Shown here one piece after another: positions 62,086-64,000 of a stretch of 64,000 nt of DNA. The stretch covers positions 295,792-359,791 of the forward strand of contig CAWBQT010000008.1 in the NCBI GenBank assembly GCA_963790875.1, written 5' to 3'. This stretch comes from an uncultured Alphaproteobacteria bacterium (lineage in GTDB: Bacteria > Pseudomonadota > Alphaproteobacteria > ATCC43930 > CGMCC-115725). The first letter of the stretch is position 1. Every line of letters begins with the position of its first letter. A model generated the notes under the pieces. It saw nothing but the letters and a program-made list of their open reading frames with translations. It had not been told where the DNA came from and searched no databases. The translations under genes and the position numbers were made by a program.

Positions 62086-62678
62086 ATGACTAAGACACAC
62101 CCGCAAAACCGCCGCCTCGGCTATGCCAGCGTCAGCACCTACGGGCAGACGCTCGACACCGAGCTTGAGCAGCTACGCGGCGCGGGCTGCACCAAGATTT
62201 ACCGCGAGAAGGCGACGGGCGCGCACAACGACCGGCGCGAGCTTCTCAAGATGCTCGACCAACTTGCGCCCGGCGACGTGGCGACGGTCACACGCATCGA
62301 CCGCCTCGGGCGCAGCACCTTCGACCTGTTCGCCATCGTCAAGAAGATCGTGGACGGCGAGGCGCAATCCCGCTCCCTTGCCGAGCCGTGGGCTGACCGG
62401 CACCAGCACCGGGCGATTGATGATTGCCGTTCTCGGAGGCCTCGCCGATGTCGAGCGCGACCTTATCCGCACTCGCACCGACGAGGGCCGCAGCCGGGCG
62501 CAGAAGCGCGGGCAGCATATGGGCCGACCGCCCAAGCTGACCGACGCGCAGAAGGCCGAAAGCGCGGCGGCGGCGGCGGGTGCAGGGCGCGACGCTCGCG
62601 GAACTCGCGCGCAGCTACGGCGTCGGGAAGAGCACGATTTCCCGGCTTACTGCACAAAATCGAAGCGCGTGCCAGTAG
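62086..62678 (+). pseudogene. resolvase/invertase-type serine recombinase, two frameshifts
   Basis: RRLGYASVSTYGQTLDTELEQL...VTRIDRLGRSTFDL (frame 1), then TSTGRLMIAVLGGLADVERDLIRTRTDEGRSRAQKRGQHMGRPPKL (frame 2, shift ~62400), then RRRRRVQGATLAELARSYGVGKSTISRL* (frame 0, shift ~62560). YASVS replaces the usual YARVS. Confidence 0.88.
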
Positions 62679-62736
62679 GAAGGATGGAAAATCGGGGAAG
62701 GCTTTAGAGAGCGCAGCACGGAACAGGGAGGCAAAC

Positions 62737-64000
62737 ATGAAGCTGAAAGAGCTATTGATCAATAATTTTCGGGCGCTTGAGGATATAGGATTCCCCCTCA
62801 ACCCGGATGCCAATGTGATTGTGGGTCCTAATGCGGTGGGAAAGTCAACAATATTGGAAGCTATAAGGATTTCTAAGGGAATACTCGCTCCAAGGACTAT
62901 CAATGAAAGTATCAGTGTACTACAATATCTAGGAGCGATGTCTCCGCACATGCCACAACAGTTGAATATTAAACCCCTTATGCGCAACTTGGCCGCGCCA
63001 CTTCAAATACGTACTACGTATTCCCTTAACAACTTCCGAACGTGCTGCGTTATCTGGCTTCGTGCCTCTACTTGCCCAACGGCAGGTCGCTGCTAGCTTG
63101 GGAGCCAGTGGAAATAACCCTTTAGTTCTTACTCAATACCTTTCATCATCGGACGGACAAACCACTCTTCAAACGACAACTGCGGCGGCTCGCTCGTATG
63201 TTGATGGACTTGCGGTCTCAAACCAATTGAAACTCAATCTAACGATTGACACGAGTGGTGTGCACGGCGAAGACGTCATGGCCCAACTTGTCTTCTCTGT
63301 ACTCGAAAGTCAGCTGCCAGCCCACGAGACGCTCCTCGGATATTTTCCGGCCGACAGGGCACTGCCAACTGGCGACGTGCAAATTCAACTCGGACTCGCC
63401 GATGCGGCCCAGCAACTAAAATCTCATCTTGCCCAGCCACAACTCAAGTTTGCACGATTTAAAACTACGATCGCCAACACGCTCTTGGGGGACATGACTC
63501 GTCAAACACTAACTGACATCTTCAAGGATGTGTTTACGACAATACTTCCCGGAAAGGAGCTAGGAACTTTGGGAATAAACGCCTTTTCAGCGATTTCGAT
63601 ACCAATAATCGAGACGGATACACAACGCGAGTTCGATTTGGATCAGATGAGCAGTGGTGAGAAGGGGCTATTACTTGGTGCTCTTCTAATCATACGCTCA
63701 ATTGCCCAAGGGGGTATACTTCTCCTTGATGAGCCGGAGCTACATCTTAACCCGTCAGTATGCAGGACAATGTTTAAGTATATCGTCGAGAAAATCTGTA
63801 GAGTATATGACATTCAGGCGATTATCTGTACTCATTCACCCCAAATTTTGGATGAAGCTATCGACCAAGAACATTGCGCATTATGGCATTTGCGTGACGA
63901 AAAAACGATATCCCCGATAAATTGGCGTGACCGTGGCGAAGTATTTTCTGCGCTGAAAAGATTAGGAACGTCTCCAAGTGACGAACTGTTCTTTAGAGGG
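62737..64000 (+). pseudogene. ABC-type (AAA_15/21, OLD-like) ATPase, +1 frameshift near 63033, 3' end beyond window
   Basis: Walker A GPNAVGKST (frame 1, ORF ends 63096). Frame 2 is open from 62963 to 64000 with YFPADRALP, signature SSGEKG, Walker B GGILLLDEPELHLNP and H-loop ICTHSPQ. gggagg RBS upstream. Confidence 0.8.

Noticed and set aside
63702-63920. 72-aa ORF inside the ATPase region
   Set aside because: It is out of frame with the Walker B/H-loop reading frame, which is clearly the real one.

Overview
High-GC (~65% by eye) chromosomal segment. The protein families, small conserved ORFs and GC-rich palindromic intergenic repeats suggest a Rhizobiales/Bradyrhizobiaceae-like alphaproteobacterium; this is inference, no search was run.

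Layout:
- 0.2-20.2 kb: tightly packed oxidoreductase/catabolic genes. These include PrpD-like, amidase, LLM, CoxL-like Mo enzyme, acyl-CoA ligase, QOR, SDR, Leu/Val dehydrogenase, IorAB-like Mo enzyme, an enolase-superfamily enzyme, VOC proteins and a CYP153-like P450.
- 20.2-27.9 kb: accessory patch. A complete IS66 element (8-bp TSD GATTACCG) and an IS1182/IS5-like element (CTAG duplication) each split a host ORF, and in silico excision restores both reading frames.
- 27.9-49.3 kb: FAD monooxygenase, SGNH hydrolase, two Baeyer-Villiger monooxygenases with an LLM and an IclR regulator, D-aminoacylase-like enzyme, TauD, two PuuE-like deacetylases, and an amidase with a translationally coupled 60-aa ORF. 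Many gene remnants are interspersed.
- 49.6-60.1 kb: housekeeping genes (tRNA-Gln, rpsU, cspA, rhlE, yfcG-like GST, GH1 glucosidase, recA, tRNA-Phe).
- 60.1-64.0 kb: AT-richer island directly 3' of tRNA-Phe. It carries a GNAT, a 275-aa orphan with an RNxxxH (HEPN-like) motif, a decayed serine recombinase and an ABC/OLD-like ATPase that is cut by the window end. This is the best candidate for an uncharacterised (defence-type) system.

The dominant global signal is that about one third of recognisable genes are disrupted. Nine of ten single-base frameshifts are +1, and there are also large-deletion remnants. No rRNA genes or CRISPR arrays were seen.
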